Assembly: GCA_964016885.1 (NCBI GenBank)
Contig: OZ024763.1
Coordinates: forward strand, 24,552,001-24,616,000
From: Eledone cirrhosa
Lineage: Eukaryota
Direction of reading: 5' to 3'
Length of the DNA: 64,000 nt
The notes beneath the pieces were generated by a model that worked only from the letters and a program-made list of their open reading frames with translations, ran no database searches and had not been told where the DNA came from. Made by a program: the position numbers and the translations under genes. Positions 30,966 to 46,539 of the stretch are shown here, piece after piece (the stretch's first letter is position 1; each line of letters starts with the position of its first letter).

Positions 30966-31075
30966 TATATATATATATATGTTATATATATATATATATT
31001 ATATATGTATATATAATATATAAATATAATATATATATAATATATATATATATAATATACATATATAATATATAT

Positions 31076-31136
<61 letters not shown>

Positions 31137-31139
<3 letters not shown>

Positions 31140-31560
31140 AGGTGAGTTTTATTGTAGTACAATAAAGCAATGCAGATATCGGATAAGAAGCACTCTACAG
31201 TTTGTAGGACTGGAGTATACATAATATATAAGATCAAAAGATGGTTAAAAGAGTTCCATGTATTTTATTATGTGCATTTCAAAAACAAATATCATCATGC
31301 AATAATATTTGTGTTTTCATCAGATAAAACAGGAAGACATGATATGAAGGTTAAAAAACACTTGTGGATAGTGCAGTTTTAAATCAACATATCGATTAAA
31401 ATATCGATTTAAAACTGCACTATCCACAAGTGTTTTTTAACCTTCATATCATGTCTTCCTGTTTTATCTGATGAAAACACAAATATTATTGCATGATGAT
31501 ATTTGTTTTTGAAATGCGCATAATAAAATACATGGAACTCTTTTAACCATCTTTTGTTCT

Positions 31561-31568
<8 letters not shown>
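31137..31568. mobile_element. Palindromic HHR-bearing insertion in (TA)n (family H)
   Basis: Arms are inverted about 31400, with an ~85-nt tail on the left only. Same family as 37801-37965 and 58060-58897. Confidence 0.85.
31462..31528 (+). ncRNA. Type I hammerhead ribozyme (copies at 31263-31329 minus, 37837-37903 minus, 58101-58166 minus, 58706-58771 plus)
   Basis: ttttat-CTGATGA-aaacacaaatatt...gatatttgttttt-GAAA-tgcgca-TA-ataaaa. Confidence 0.85.
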
Positions 31569-31650
<82 letters not shown>

Positions 31651-31659
31651 ATATATACA

Positions 31660-31757
31660 GGGGTTAGACGAAACATTTCGGCTGTTTTCGTTACGCTAGC
31701 GCCTGCCATACGAGCACCAACAATTTGACCTCTTTGAAAGTCCGATAGATCTGTCAT
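31660..31757 (-). pseudogene. Tc1/mariner transposase N-terminal (HTH) fragment
   Basis: MTDLSDFQRGQIVGARMAGASVTKTAEMF resembles Tc1-type transposase N-termini. It is truncated by (TA)n. Confidence 0.75.
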
Positions 31758-31889
31758 TTTAATGAATTTTAATTACCTTTTTCTGATGATATCTGAAAAG
31801 AAACAGCAATTTTAACAAAACATATTAAGTAACACCAATAATAAATAAAAAACATAAAAATAAAGAAGCTTTTGACGGTTCTATAGATA

Positions 31890-32835
31890 TTGGTGGTAGA
31901 AAAGCCAGGAACCACCATAAAATCCCTGATCAGCAAAACCTACCCTTTTAAGAAAACCCACTGTACCAATAGGAAATGTAACATATGTAAGGTAAACGTA
32001 GTCTATAGCATAAGATGTACAGAGGGTACTTGCAGAAACATGACAACATACATAGGTGAAAGGATAGACCAACACTGGGGGAACTAAAGGGACGAAAAAT
32101 CGGGTCAGTACTATACGAACATGCTAGACAACAACATGACGGTAACATAGACAACATAGAAATTAGAATAATATCTAAACATAGAAATGACCCAGCAGAT
32201 AAGCAAATCAGAGAGGCCAGTGAAATAGAAATTAGAAGACCAAGATTAAACAGAAAGAATGAATGGACTAACAACAACACCCAAACAAACAACACTGACC
32301 TAAGAGAAGTATAAATAAGTAAATAAAATAAAATAAATAAATGAATAAATAAATACATACACAAGCACAATAACAACAAGCACATAAACACACACTAGTC
32401 ACCTATCACACAGCAAACAAAACACTATACACACACGCAAACGCATGCGCAAAGAAGACAAAATGAAATAAACAAACAAGCAAATAAATAAATATATAGA
32501 CAGACTGAATAAAAATGGCGTAGACATACAATACAACAGGAGGAAACGATAGCACCACTCACGGTATTGCAGATGTGCAACGAAAGATTTATGATAAACT
32601 ATATATATCTGTTTGTGTCTATATTGTATCAGTATTATTTTTGACCGTCGGTCAGTCAATGGCAACATTGAGGACCGAGTAAGTTAGATTACCGATATAA
32701 AAGACACAGAAGCGTGAAGCGAAAACCAACCAAACAGTGAGTGTGTTCTGTTATTAATTCTGGCAATATTACACAAATATGACCCTCCCCAAGTATAACA
32801 ATATTTGTTTCGACACACACACGCAAAACTAATTC
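31890..32835 (+). mobile_element. Degenerate PLE 3' fragment (Neptune-like GIY-YIG plus 3' UTR)
   Basis: VVEKPGTTIKSLI..PF...C..C..C.VNVVYSIRC..C..YIGE, then in another frame SVLYEHARQQH..IRIISKHRNDPADKQIREASEI..RPRLNRKNEW. The 3' end matches the arm of 12855-13141. Confidence 0.8.
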
Positions 32836-32867
<32 letters not shown>

Positions 32868-32887
32868 ATGTATTTATATATATATAA

Positions 32888-32948
<61 letters not shown>

Positions 32949-33225
32949 TCTTTAAGTCGTTTGGAAGCCTCGACAATGCAAATGGGTAAATCTCCGGGTA
33001 ACAAGATCCGGTGGTGGAGAGAGAGATGTAAGTGGGTGTACGTTGAGATGCGTGGTGTGTAAAGATGTGTAAATGTGTAGAAGAAAGAAGGGAAGAGTAT
33101 AAAGGATAAAATAAAAATAACAACACAAGAGAGAGTTACCTTGGGAGAGATTTAATAGTCGAGGCTTCCAAACGACTTAAAGATATTTATTTATTATTCC
33201 ACAATGCTTCAAATAAACTTCAATA

Positions 33226-33369
<144 letters not shown>

Positions 33370-33454
33370 TGTATATATATGTATATATAAATCTATTTAT
33401 ATATATATATCAATATATATATAAATGTATATATATATATATATCAATATATAA

Positions 33455-33532
<78 letters not shown>

Positions 33533-33570
33533 ATATATATATATATATATATCAATATATATATATATAT

Positions 33571-33916
<346 letters not shown>

Positions 33917-34002
33917 ATATATATATATATATATATCAATGTATATATATATATCAATATATATATATATATATATATATATCAATATATATATATATAT
34001 AT

Positions 34003-34054
<52 letters not shown>

Positions 34055-34056
<2 letters not shown>

Positions 34057-34151
34057 GTGGGAAAGTAAGAAATCGGAGAATAGACCGTTAAAACATGTTC
34101 TAAATAAACATGTTTTAACGGTTTATTCTCCGATTTCTTACTTTGCCACGT
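34055..34151. repeat. Imperfect hairpin with ~45-bp arms next to (TA)n
   Basis: acgtgggaaagtaagaaatcggagaa...aacatgtt ctaaata aacatgtt...ttctccgatttcttactttgccacgt. Confidence 0.8.
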
Positions 34152-34855
34152 GCTTACGCTCTGCTAAGTCTCTAGCCCACTAAATATTAACACTTCGAAT
34201 ATTTAATACTGCCGGCACTAGTATCGAGCACCTTTGGCATACGCTACTTGGCAAATAACTATATGTATCACCTATCCTCCCCTTTTTTTTCTCTCTCTCG
34301 ATACGTAAATACTGTATATATATATATATATCTCAATATATATATATATATAAATGTATATAAATGTACATATATATATATACATAAATGTATATATTTA
34401 TATAAATAAATACATATATAATATATAAATAAATATATATATATAAATAAATATATATATAATATTTAAATAAATATATATATATATAAATATATATATA
34501 AATGTATATATATATATATATATGCATAAATGTATATATATATATAAATGTATATATATACATAAATGTTTATATATATATATATATATATATGTACATA
34601 TGAATGTATATATATATATATATATATATATAAATGTTTATATATATATATGAATGTATATATATATATAAATATGACTGTATATATGTATATATATATA
34701 TGAATGTATATATATATATATATGTATATATGAATGTATATATATGTATACATGAATGTATATATATATGTATATATGAATGTATATATATATATGAATG
34801 TATATATATATATATATATATATGAATGTATATATATATATATATATATATATGA

Positions 34856-34898
<43 letters not shown>

Positions 34899-34975
34899 TG
34901 TATATATATATATATGAATGTATATATATATATATATGAATGTATATATGTATATGAATGTATATATATATATGA

Positions 34976-35011
<36 letters not shown>

Positions 35012-35067
35012 GTATATATATATATATATGAATGTATATATACATATATATATAAATGTATATATGA

Positions 35068-35112
<45 letters not shown>

Positions 35113-35396
35113 CATATTTATGTGCGCTTTTGCGTGAGTGTTCGTAATATAAGTCGAAAATTGGTAAGTTCAATATGGCAGCGTTAAATTCCGTCCTCGC
35201 TGGAATATTTCGAGGACAATTCTCCTGCGATAATATTTCATAGGTTGTTGTGTCAGAGGTCACACCAGAAATATGGTGGAAATTTGTTAATCATATTTTA
35301 TTTCTAATTCAGAAAGACGACGCCATTTTGGCCCCTCACCCCTCATTCTCCTTGAAATGCATGTGTGTGTATGAGTGTGTGATTGTGTGTGTGTAG

Positions 35397-35507
<111 letters not shown>

Positions 35508-36524
35508 CACATATATATAAACATAAATTAGTAAATATATATATATACATACATACATATATACATATAAATATATATATATATATTTATATATTTATAT
35601 ATACATATATATATATATGTGCATGAATATATCAGTATATATATATGTGTGTGTGTGTGTGCATATATATATTTTGACACAAACACATATCTATCTATAT
35701 ATATGTATATGTATGTGTGTGTGCACATATATATTTTGACACAAACACACACACACACACACACACATATCTATCTCTATATATACATATGTATGTGTAT
35801 GTGACCGTATGTGTTTATTTGCGTTCGTGCCTCTGGGTATGTATATGTAATTATGTAATTATATACACACCAAATATACACCATTCACTCATATAGAAAA
35901 ATGGCTAATTATCCAGGCCGAATCAATGACACTTAAATATTCAAAGACACGAACAGTCCCCCCCCCCTACAAACACAAACACATACATATATACATACAC
36001 ACACACATACATACATTCATACATATATACATGCATACATACATATATTCATACATATACGTACATACGCATATACATAAGTTGGCATATACGCGTATAC
36101 ATATATATATATATATTTATATATTTATATATGTATATATATATATATATAAAATATTTTTTTATATATATATATATACATATATATATATTTAAATATT
36201 CTTACTTTATATATATATATGTTTATATATACGAGTGTATGTGTGTGTGCATATATATATGTGTGTGTGTATGTGTGTGTGTGTGTGTATGTATATAGAT
36301 ATGTGTGTTTGTGTGTGTGTGTGTATGTGTACCTATGTATATATATATATATATATTTATGGTCCTGGTAAACTGTTCCATTCTGCTCTCTCGGCAATAT
36401 CGTCAATATTGGCTGACCTAAATTTTAAACTACAACAGTAATCCCTACGTGCAATATGAGTCGATAAACGGTTCAGATTGTATATGTTGGTGAACCAATA
36501 TTATATACACCCTATATATATATA

Positions 36525-37117
36525 TTAGCCGAATTACCCGCTCCTTGCTGCGTTTCACACATTATGATTGATTTTAAATCAGTGATATAATTTATGGAAA
36601 AAAACTCTGCATTTCAATATTACTCAATGTAAAATGTAATGCATGAAAAATTGAAAAAACATTATCGTTTGTAATATATCAAATCAAAATAACATTATTA
36701 AATCTTATTCTAATTTTGGCTCTTGTAAATAATCTTTCATCAAAATATCAATTCAAAACTTTGGGAATTGGCCACATATCTTGTCATTTACCTATGGTTT
36801 AAATTGCATATAAATCGAAGGGAAAACATTTTGTCAGCCGGGTGTGTGCCCCCGCGGAACCCCAATAGGGGTTTAACCCCTTTTAGGGTGTTTTAATATT
36901 ATTGAAATTTGCTGATATGTTGTGAAAAGGCATCATATCTTGTCATTTACCTATGGTTTAAAATTCATATAAATCGAAGGGTTTGTGCTCACAGGGAACC
37001 CTTTGATTAAAATGAAATATACTTATCCAAGTACTCTGGGCAATGTTGTTTCAGAATAGATATGGAGGAGTTCGTGAACAAACAAACAGACAGGAACTAC
37101 AACTTTATATATATAGA
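36525..37117 (-). mobile_element. Non-autonomous Helitron-like element
   Basis: The minus strand starts TCtatatatataaag..ctgtctgtttgtttg and ends with a weak subterminal hairpin followed by CTAA|T. There is an internal ~45-bp duplication (about 36774 and 36934). Confidence 0.6.
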
Positions 37118-37238
37118 TTATATATATATGCATGTACAGTCTGTTTGTGTGTACATCTATATATGCATATATGTATATATATATATACACACACATATAT
37201 ATATATATGGGGGAGGGGGTAAAGAACAACAACCCAGG

Positions 37239-37292
<54 letters not shown>

Positions 37293-37385
37293 CATATATA
37301 TATACATATATATATATATATATTTATATACATATATATACATATATACACATTTATACATATATATATATATATACATATATAC

Positions 37386-37416
<31 letters not shown>

Positions 37417-37469
37417 CATATATACATATATATATATATGTATATGTATATATATATATACATATATAC

Positions 37470-37551
<82 letters not shown>

Positions 37552-37589
37552 GTATATATGCATATATACATACATATATATATATATAT

Positions 37590-37669
<80 letters not shown>

Positions 37670-37721
37670 TTACACACAAACATATATATATATATTTACA
37701 CATAAACACATCCATCCCATG

Positions 37722-37812
<91 letters not shown>

Positions 37813-38019
37813 AGATCAAAAGATGTGTTCCATGTATTTTATTATGCGCATTTCAAAAACAAATATCATCATGCAATAACATTTGTGTTTTCATCAGATA
37901 AAATAGGAAGACATGATATGAAGGTTAAAATACACTTGTGAATAGTGCAGTTTTAAATCAACATATATATATATATATGGATGGCGATATATATATATAT
38001 AAATCAACATATATATATA

Positions 38020-38197
38020 TATATGGATGACGGTAGAGCACCGGAGAACATGATTTGCAGCATATAGTTATTGCCATTTACGCTCTTAGTTCAAATCCGG
38101 CTCAGGTTAACTTTGACTTTCATTCGTACGGGGTCGATAAATAAAGTACCAGTAATGCACTGGGGTAATTGCTGGCCTTGTGCCAAAAGTAGAAACA
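38020..38197 (+). mobile_element. tRNA-derived SINE copy (diverged)
   Basis: Matches the body and tail of 25828-26017. Confidence 0.75.
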
Positions 38198-38218
38198 TTA
38201 TATATATATAATATAAAA

Positions 38219-38344
<126 letters not shown>

Positions 38345-38587
38345 ATGTGTGTGCGTTTATCCATTTATAAATGCGAGGACAGAGTAGACAAAAATAAACC
38401 TATTTTTTACTCACAGTCACGACCGCAGTTTCGCCGACACATTTGCTATAACTATGCACCGGATAAGTGCGCCAGTCCTATTAGGCTGTCGGCTCTTCTA
38501 GAGAAACACTCAAGGTAGTGGACTACTTTCTGATGATTTCATACCAACGCATTAGCTCAAGTCCTGTAGACGTCATTTCTATATTAA

Positions 38588-38766
38588 ATAATTGTTTCTA
38601 CATTGGGCACAAGGCCAGCGATAACGCAGTACATTACTGGTACTTTATTTTATTGACCCCGTAAGGATGAAAGGCAAAGTTAATCTCGGCGAGATTTGAA
38701 CTCAGATCATAAAGGGACGTAACTATGCTGGAAACATGGCGTCTGGCCCTCTACCGATACTGCCAA
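38588..38766 (-). mobile_element. tRNA-derived SINE copy
   Basis: Reverse-complement match to the SINE at 25828-26017. Confidence 0.8.
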
Positions 38767-38844
38767 ATAATGATGTTTACCCACTACTAATGTATTGACT
38801 GGAGTTACCCCCGATTTAACTCGGGGTCTACTCACACACACACG

Positions 38845-38904
<60 letters not shown>

Positions 38905-38935
38905 TATTACAACAACTATATATATATATATATAT

Positions 38936-39144
38936 AACGACAAAAACGAACGAGGTGTGGTAAGGAACCAGATGGACCATAACGCACCAAAGTACTCAAT
39001 ACTTAGAGTAGTAGAGTGGGTAATAGGAACAATTAAGACCCCGATGGCAGAGCTCAAGCCGTTTCGACGGCAATTCTGGAGCTAATTCGGTCCAGAATTA
39101 ACCGTCGAAACGGCTTGAGCTCTGCCGTCGGGGTCTTACTTGTT

Positions 39145-39150
<6 letters not shown>
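38936..39150. mobile_element. Fold-back pLTR-end derivative of the 5731-9567 PLE family
   Basis: Tail plus the 3' half of the HHR, followed by an inverted copy ending in gttcctata(TA)n. Confidence 0.85.
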
Positions 39151-39177
<27 letters not shown>

Positions 39178-39179
39178 CT

Positions 39180-39330
39180 TTGATCCAGTGTATTACTGGT
39201 ACTTTATTTCATCGACCCCGCAAGGATGAAAGGCAAAGTTAAACTCGGCGGGATTTGAACTCAGACCATAAAGAGTGGTAACTCCATGCGTCAAAGCATG
39301 GCGTCCGACCCTCTACCGATACCACCAATG
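39180..39330 (-). mobile_element. tRNA-derived SINE copy
   Basis: Reverse-complement match to the SINE at 25828-26017. Confidence 0.78.
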
Positions 39331-39540
39331 CCACCTGGTTATATTTTTTCTGCTCTCCATAAAAGGAATGAACAGGAAATAGAAATAGTTGTTCTTTCCT
39401 TTTCTTTTATTTCTTTTTAATATATTTTCCACTGAGGTATTGTTAGCACCAAAACGAACTATCAGTGATAGAAAATCATTGAATAAATTTCTACAAAAAT
39501 AAATAAATATATATATATATATATATATATGCATGTATAT

Positions 39541-39607
<67 letters not shown>

Positions 39608-39614
39608 TGTATAT

Positions 39615-39701
<87 letters not shown>

Positions 39702-39711
39702 GCATGTATAT

Positions 39712-39763
<52 letters not shown>

Positions 39764-39770
39764 ATATACC

Positions 39771-39819
<49 letters not shown>

Positions 39820-39912
39820 TTATATATATATATATATCCGGGAGCTTCCAACAGTAATGGTTGCATTCTTTAAGGGTATGTCAATATTTATTTATAAAAC
39901 TGCTCTATATTA

Positions 39913-39977
39913 TATTTTATCTGATGAAAGCACACCATAATTTAACTTGGTGTCCTTGAAATATGTATAATGAAATA
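39913..39977 (+). ncRNA. Type I hammerhead ribozyme (family I; relatives at 56806-56872 minus, 57057-57122 plus, 57831-57897 minus)
   Basis: tattttat-CTGATGA-aagcacacca..tggtgtcctt-GAAA-tatgta-TA-atgaaata. Confidence 0.72.
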
Positions 39978-40016
39978 AATATGGTTTTATAAATATAGTT
40001 TCCATTTGTTAATATC

Positions 40017-40091
<75 letters not shown>

Positions 40092-41228
40092 GAAAGATAG
40101 GCATATAAATAGATACATCGATAGTTTAATATATAGATAGGTAGATAGATACAAAGATTGATTGAGAGATATGTAATGGATAGATAGATGGATATATGGA
40201 TATGCAGACACGCTGGTAGATTGATAGAAATAGACAGACAGATATATAGATTAATAGATAGACAGACAGACAGACAGACAGATAGATAGACAGTCAGACA
40301 GAAAGATATAGATGGATAGATAGATAGATAGATAAGTATGTATGTAGAGAAATAAATAGATAGATAGTTAGATAGATATATGAGTAGATGAATACTTAAA
40401 TAAATAAATAAATAAAAAGATATCTGGAAGATAAATAAAGTTGAATTTTTAGTGAAAACTGTAGAGATGCTTTAGCTGGAGATGAATGGCGGATGTTCTT
40501 TTGTGTGCAATAAATTCTTGTGCAGAACGGTTTTTCCTCTCCTTGAAATAACGTTCTGAAGAACTCTCGTTATATAACCTGAAGCTTAGACCGAGAATTG
40601 CTTTTATACATATATAGAAATAGACATATACATACAGTGAAACAGACATATAAATATATAGTGGAATAGACAGATACATAGAGATACAGACATATACACA
40701 CATATATAGAAATATATATATACATACAGTGAAACAGACATATACATATATAGTGGAATAGACAGATACATAGAGATACAGACATATACACACAGAGAAA
40801 TAGACACATACACATATAGAGAAATGGACATATACATACAGTGAAACAGACGTATACACACATAGAGAAATAGACACATACATGGAGATACAGACATATA
40901 CACACATAGAGAAATAGACACATACACATATAGAGAAATAGACACATACATACAGAGAAACAAGGCACATACACATATAGAGGAATAGACACACACATAG
41001 AGGAAGGTACATAGACACATATAGCGGTAGAGTCATACATACATAGAGAAATAGACGCATACACACGTAGAGAAATAGACTCATACTCACACATAGACAG
41101 ACACATATACACACAGAGAAATACACATACACACACACACACAGAAAGACACATTCACACACAGAGAAACGCACAAACACACACATTGACAGACACATAC
41201 ATACACAGAGAAATAGACTCCTACACAA

Positions 41229-41259
<31 letters not shown>

Positions 41260-41755
41260 CACACATACATACACATGAGCACACAGGCACATACCAACAC
41301 ACAACACGCAGAAACATACACACATAAACAGACACACATACACACAGAAACACATACAGACACATACACACAGAAACACATACACACAGAAACACATACA
41401 CATACACACAGAAACACATACACATACGGAAAACATACTCAATAAAAACCAAAGAATAAAAGCGAAACCACAATATCAACAGCAACAACAACAGACACAA
41501 CAAACACAACAACAATAACAACATCAACAACAACAGCAACAACAACAACAACATACACAACATACACAACAGCAACAACAACAGCAACAATAACAGCAAC
41601 AACAGCAACAACAACAACATCAGACACAACATAACAACAGCAACAATAACAGCAACAACAACAGCAACAACCATAAGCTAACGTCTTTGTTGAATGATGG
41701 ATAGCAAAACTCCTTAAAAATGGGGGCACCTGCACTCTAAGGAAAACGCGATATC

Positions 41756-41798
<43 letters not shown>

Positions 41799-41854
41799 TT
41801 TCTACTTTGAGCACAAGGCCAGCAAATTTGGGTGAGGTAGAAAATTGATTAAAT

Positions 41855-42210
41855 CGATTGTATCCGAGTGTAAACACCTAGCCCAGACTCACTATAAAGG
41901 CCGGAGACATGATGTGATGGGCAGGGTGATCCACTGGCAACTATGCAAACTAAACAATTTACCACATTCTGAGAAGTGGTATGAGAATAATCTAGAGTCG
42001 GTGATAGAAAACGATCGAGTGAAGGTGCTATGGGATTTCAGGATACAGACGGACAAGAAATTAGAACACAATAGGCTCGACCTTGTGGTTTTGGACAAGG
42101 AAAAAAGATCGTGACTGATTGTAGATGTAGCCTGCCCATTTGACACGAGAGAGCAAGAAAAGGAGGAGAAATTAACCGATACCAGGAGTTAAAGTGGGAG
42201 TTAAAAAGAA
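41855..42210 (+). pseudogene. R4/Dong-clade-like non-LTR retrotransposon C-terminal fragment (Zn knuckle remnant and restriction-like endonuclease)
   Basis: IVSECKHLAQTHYK.RRHDVMGRVIHWQLCK..KWYE..VIENDRVKVLWDFRIQTDKKLEHNRLDLVVLDK..*LIVDVACPFD..KEEEK..YQELKWELK. Confidence 0.78.
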
Positions 42211-42239
42211 GAAGAGGAAGTGAGAAAGAAATATAGAGG

Positions 42240-42360
42240 ATTAATCGACCCCAGTACCAGACTGGTACTCTTTTTGCATCGACTTCAAAAATATGAAAAG
42301 ATGACCTTGGCAAGATTTGAATTTAGAACGAAAAGTGGAAAGAAAACCAAGAGAGAGAGA

Positions 42361-42440
<80 letters not shown>

Positions 42441-42730
42441 GTAAGAAAGAAATATAGAGGACGAATCGACTCCAATACTAGACTGGTACTTTTTGTTGAT
42501 CGTCCTCGCAATCCAGAAAAGCGACGTTGGCCTGGACGGGATTTGAGGGCAAAGTCAGTAGAAGTACCGTAAAGCCTCCTATGAAAAGTCGAAACAAAGC
42601 CAAGACAAAGTGATAGAGAGGAAGTAAGAAAAAAATATATAGAGGAAGAATCTAGACTGGTTCTTTTTGTTGATTGTCCTCGCAATCCAGAAAAGCGAAG
42701 TTGACCTCGACGGGATTTGAACTCAGAAGA
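42240..42730 (-). mobile_element. Degenerate SINE-derived fragments, repeated about three times and interleaved with (GA)n
   Basis: Repeated actggtactt...cgggatttgaactcag-like segments at about 42260, 42480 and 42655. Confidence 0.55.
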
Positions 42731-42961
42731 AATACGGTAAAGTCGAGAGAGATCCTGTAAAGCCTTTTATCGAATGTTCTAACGAGTCTGGCAATTAATC
42801 GCCTATATTTGTTTAATACATACAGGAGAAGAGATGACAGAAAACTAATAGTTGACAACAGTACAATATGGATTTCATTTAATATAAATATCAACTTGAT
42901 ATGTACACCTGCCGGTGAAATGGCTTTCTATCTCCAACATAATTAATATATGTTTCTAGAC

Positions 42962-43119
<158 letters not shown>

Positions 43120-43268
43120 ATGTATACACACATATAAATATGTATATATATATATTATATATATATATATAGGTATATATATATATGAATGTATATATGT
43201 TTGTATGTATGTATATATGTATGTATATATGTATGTATGTATATATATATATATGTATATATATATGC

Positions 43269-43299
<31 letters not shown>

Positions 43300-43344
43300 T
43301 ACATATATATACATATATATATATATATATACATATGTATATAT

Positions 43345-43380
<36 letters not shown>

Positions 43381-44019
43381 CGTAAATATTTTCTGTTGAT
43401 CAGCATAATTAAAGAATAAAATGGATGAATAACCCCCACCCCCCAAAGAAAATAACAACAGAAAGCAAATACATATATAATTACAAACCTAATTCTATAT
43501 AAGTTACAGAGTTACAGCTGTACATCCTCCATCTAACTTGTAAAACTCTTCCTACAACTTCTCCAACAACATGAAACGACAAGGAAATAATCTTTATAAC
43601 TCACAACAAACAAATACGTATACATACTGGAAATATTGCAAATGAATACATCTAGCTACTTTAGACTTCCTGGAGCAGCTGTTTAAAAAAAAACAGCTGA
43701 CAAGTACATGAGATTTACATACTCACGGCACCACTCTATTTCAGGGTAGTCCGTTGTTTTTGCCATCTAGACATGTTTATGGTCGAGTAAATACGGTAGT
43801 TTTCTATAAGATTTGAACGAACACTTAATAAATGTTATAACAACTGTATCGATGTAGATTTAGATATATCAGAAAGCTCCGCCATCTTAAAAATACCTCA
43901 AACACGTTCATTATATATTATTTCAGACACACACACACACATACACACACACGCACTCAAACACACACGCATATATATATGTGTATATATCTATCTATAT
44001 ATATATATATACATGTATG

Positions 44020-44058
<39 letters not shown>

Positions 44059-44116
44059 ATACATATATACATATATATATGTAAAGCTATGTGTATATGT
44101 ATTTATATATATATAT

Positions 44117-44689
44117 ATTGTTATACTTTGGGAGGGTCATGTTGCCAATAAGAAACACACGCACCAGTTGCTTTCACTTCAATTTAATTTAATATATATT
44201 TATAAATTTACAAATTTATAAATTTCTGGTTGGTTGGTTGGTTCCACAACCAGATAGTTGTTTATGTATATATAGTCATAGTTCTTTCGTCACACACTCT
44301 GTGACCTCTTCAGTGACTGGGGATTTCTTTCTTCGTTTCTGTGCCTTTCCTTTCTTCTATCCTACGCCACAAACAAAATGGCGTAGGATAGAAGAAAGGA
44401 AAGGCACAGAAACGAAGAAAGAAATCCCCAGTCACTGAAGAGGTCACAGAGTGTGTGACGAAAGAACTATGACTATATATATATAAACAACTATCTGGTT
44501 GTGGAACCAACCAACCAACCAGAAATTTATAAATTTGTAAATTTATAAATATATATTAAATTAAATTGAAGTGATAGCAACTGGTGCGTGTGTTTCTTAT
44601 TGGCAACATGACCCTCCCAAAGTATAACAATATCGGTTTCAACACACGATTTCAGATAAAGAATCTTGCTAAACAAATTCAGAAACGAA

Positions 44690-44690
<1 letters not shown>
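44117..44690. mobile_element. Palindromic HHR-bearing insertion in (TA)n (family J)
   Basis: Arms of ~255 bp are inverted about 44373, with an extra ~58-nt tail on the right. Confidence 0.87.
44430..44474 (+). ncRNA. Minimal type I hammerhead ribozyme (inverted copy at 44274-44318)
   Basis: agtca-CTGAAGA-g gtcac agagtgt gtgac-GAAA-gaac-TA-tgact. Confidence 0.8.
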
Positions 44691-44733
<43 letters not shown>

Positions 44734-45090
44734 ATCTAATTATGTATCTATATATGGATGGATATACTTAGTCTGTATATGTATAGTTGGGTTAGTATGG
44801 TAGACAATAAAAACAGCCATATGAAAATCTTATATGGTTTTTTATATGTTAAATTGTTTAGAAGTTGGTAAATGTCTTTTTTCTGCAGTTCTCAACTTAG
44901 GTCTCTCATCGGAAAAGTAATGTGAGGAAAGAGGAAGAAAATCTTTCACAAAAATTACTTTAAAAGGTTATAGCTACCTTTAACTTGTATATAGCAAGTT
45001 TAAATGTATATATATATATATGACAGGATATGTGTACAGAATATATATATATATACAGATGCAAGAAAAAACCACAAACCCTCCATCTCA

Positions 45091-45136
45091 TTTCTACTTT
45101 TGAAAAGCATAAGCACTGTGAAACCGGTAAAGAAAA
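45091..45136 (+). ncRNA. Candidate minimal hammerhead with U3-A8 core
   Basis: ctt-TTGAAAA-gca taagcac tgt-GAAA-ccgg-TA-aag. The stems are short. Confidence 0.4.
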
Positions 45137-45254
45137 CAAATAAATATTCTTAAAATGACTCCAGTTGCATTTTCAATTTCTTGTTTTATCCTTATACTTT
45201 CACTCGTGTAGGACATCTCGTTTTTTTTTTCATTTTGGAACAAAAACTCATTTT

Positions 45255-45315
<61 letters not shown>

Positions 45316-45647
45316 ATATTGAGAAAATATTATTTTTTTTTATACACAGAACCGATGTAAGGAAATATATTTACTTCACAATAGTAATATATCCTATAGT
45401 GCCTGGAAATCCAAGAAAAGACACAAACTATCGATCTTAGTAATTAGTATCAATCACCAATTATCGATCTCGGTAATAAACATCTTAAGACAAAGATTTC
45501 TTTCATCAGTGAGGTTATATCTTCTCCCACACTGCGCAGAATTGTGAGTGAACTGCCCAGGGAAGGATTTAGAGATGTTCTTAATATGACGTATGGAGCT
45601 TTTTTTTTTCATAATCGATATATATTTATATGTATCGATTAAACCTA

Positions 45648-45723
<76 letters not shown>

Positions 45724-45879
45724 AAATATATGTATATATATATGTATGTATGTATAAATATATGTATATAAATATATATAATGAGTGTATATGTATGCAT
45801 AAATATATATGTATAGAAACAGCACCAGGGGATGTAGAAATGTTTATAGCATGGAAGACAACAAGCACCATGATGTCAA

Positions 45880-46022
45880 TAACATCGTTTAAAACATCAA
45901 CAATAAGTTATGACGGAAAATAAACAACTGGGAATAAATGCGATAGAAATTTGAAATGTTAAAAAGAAAATTTCGCGAAGAAAATGAAATCTAAAATCGG
46001 TCTGTACAGAGATGACGGGTTG
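45880..46022 (+). pseudogene. Highly decayed PLE reverse-transcriptase fragment
   Basis: IGLYRDDGL at 45996-46022 is the catalytic motif, with an SYDG-like motif about 90 nt upstream. Confidence 0.45.
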
Positions 46023-46174
46023 TAGAAGACGGCGGCGTTAAATGACATCTTTACTACATAATGTTGTTTTATCGTAAACTGATGGACTCATATATGTATG
46101 GTTGGATGTATGTATTTATTTGTGTATGTGTGTGTATGCTGATGAAAGTGGATCTATATCTTCCTCTCTCTCTG

Positions 46175-46228
<54 letters not shown>

Positions 46229-46276
46229 CAGAGAGAGTGAGAGTGTGGCATATATGTACGTTTTATAGATACGTAC

Positions 46277-46345
<69 letters not shown>

Positions 46346-46485
46346 TATATACATATACATACATACACACACACACATACATATCTAAACACACACAAAA
46401 ATATATATGTATATATATATATATTTATAATAAGAACAGATTAAAGTTTAAGCACAGGCGCACATAAGTCATATAGATAAACCCG

Positions 46486-46539
<54 letters not shown>

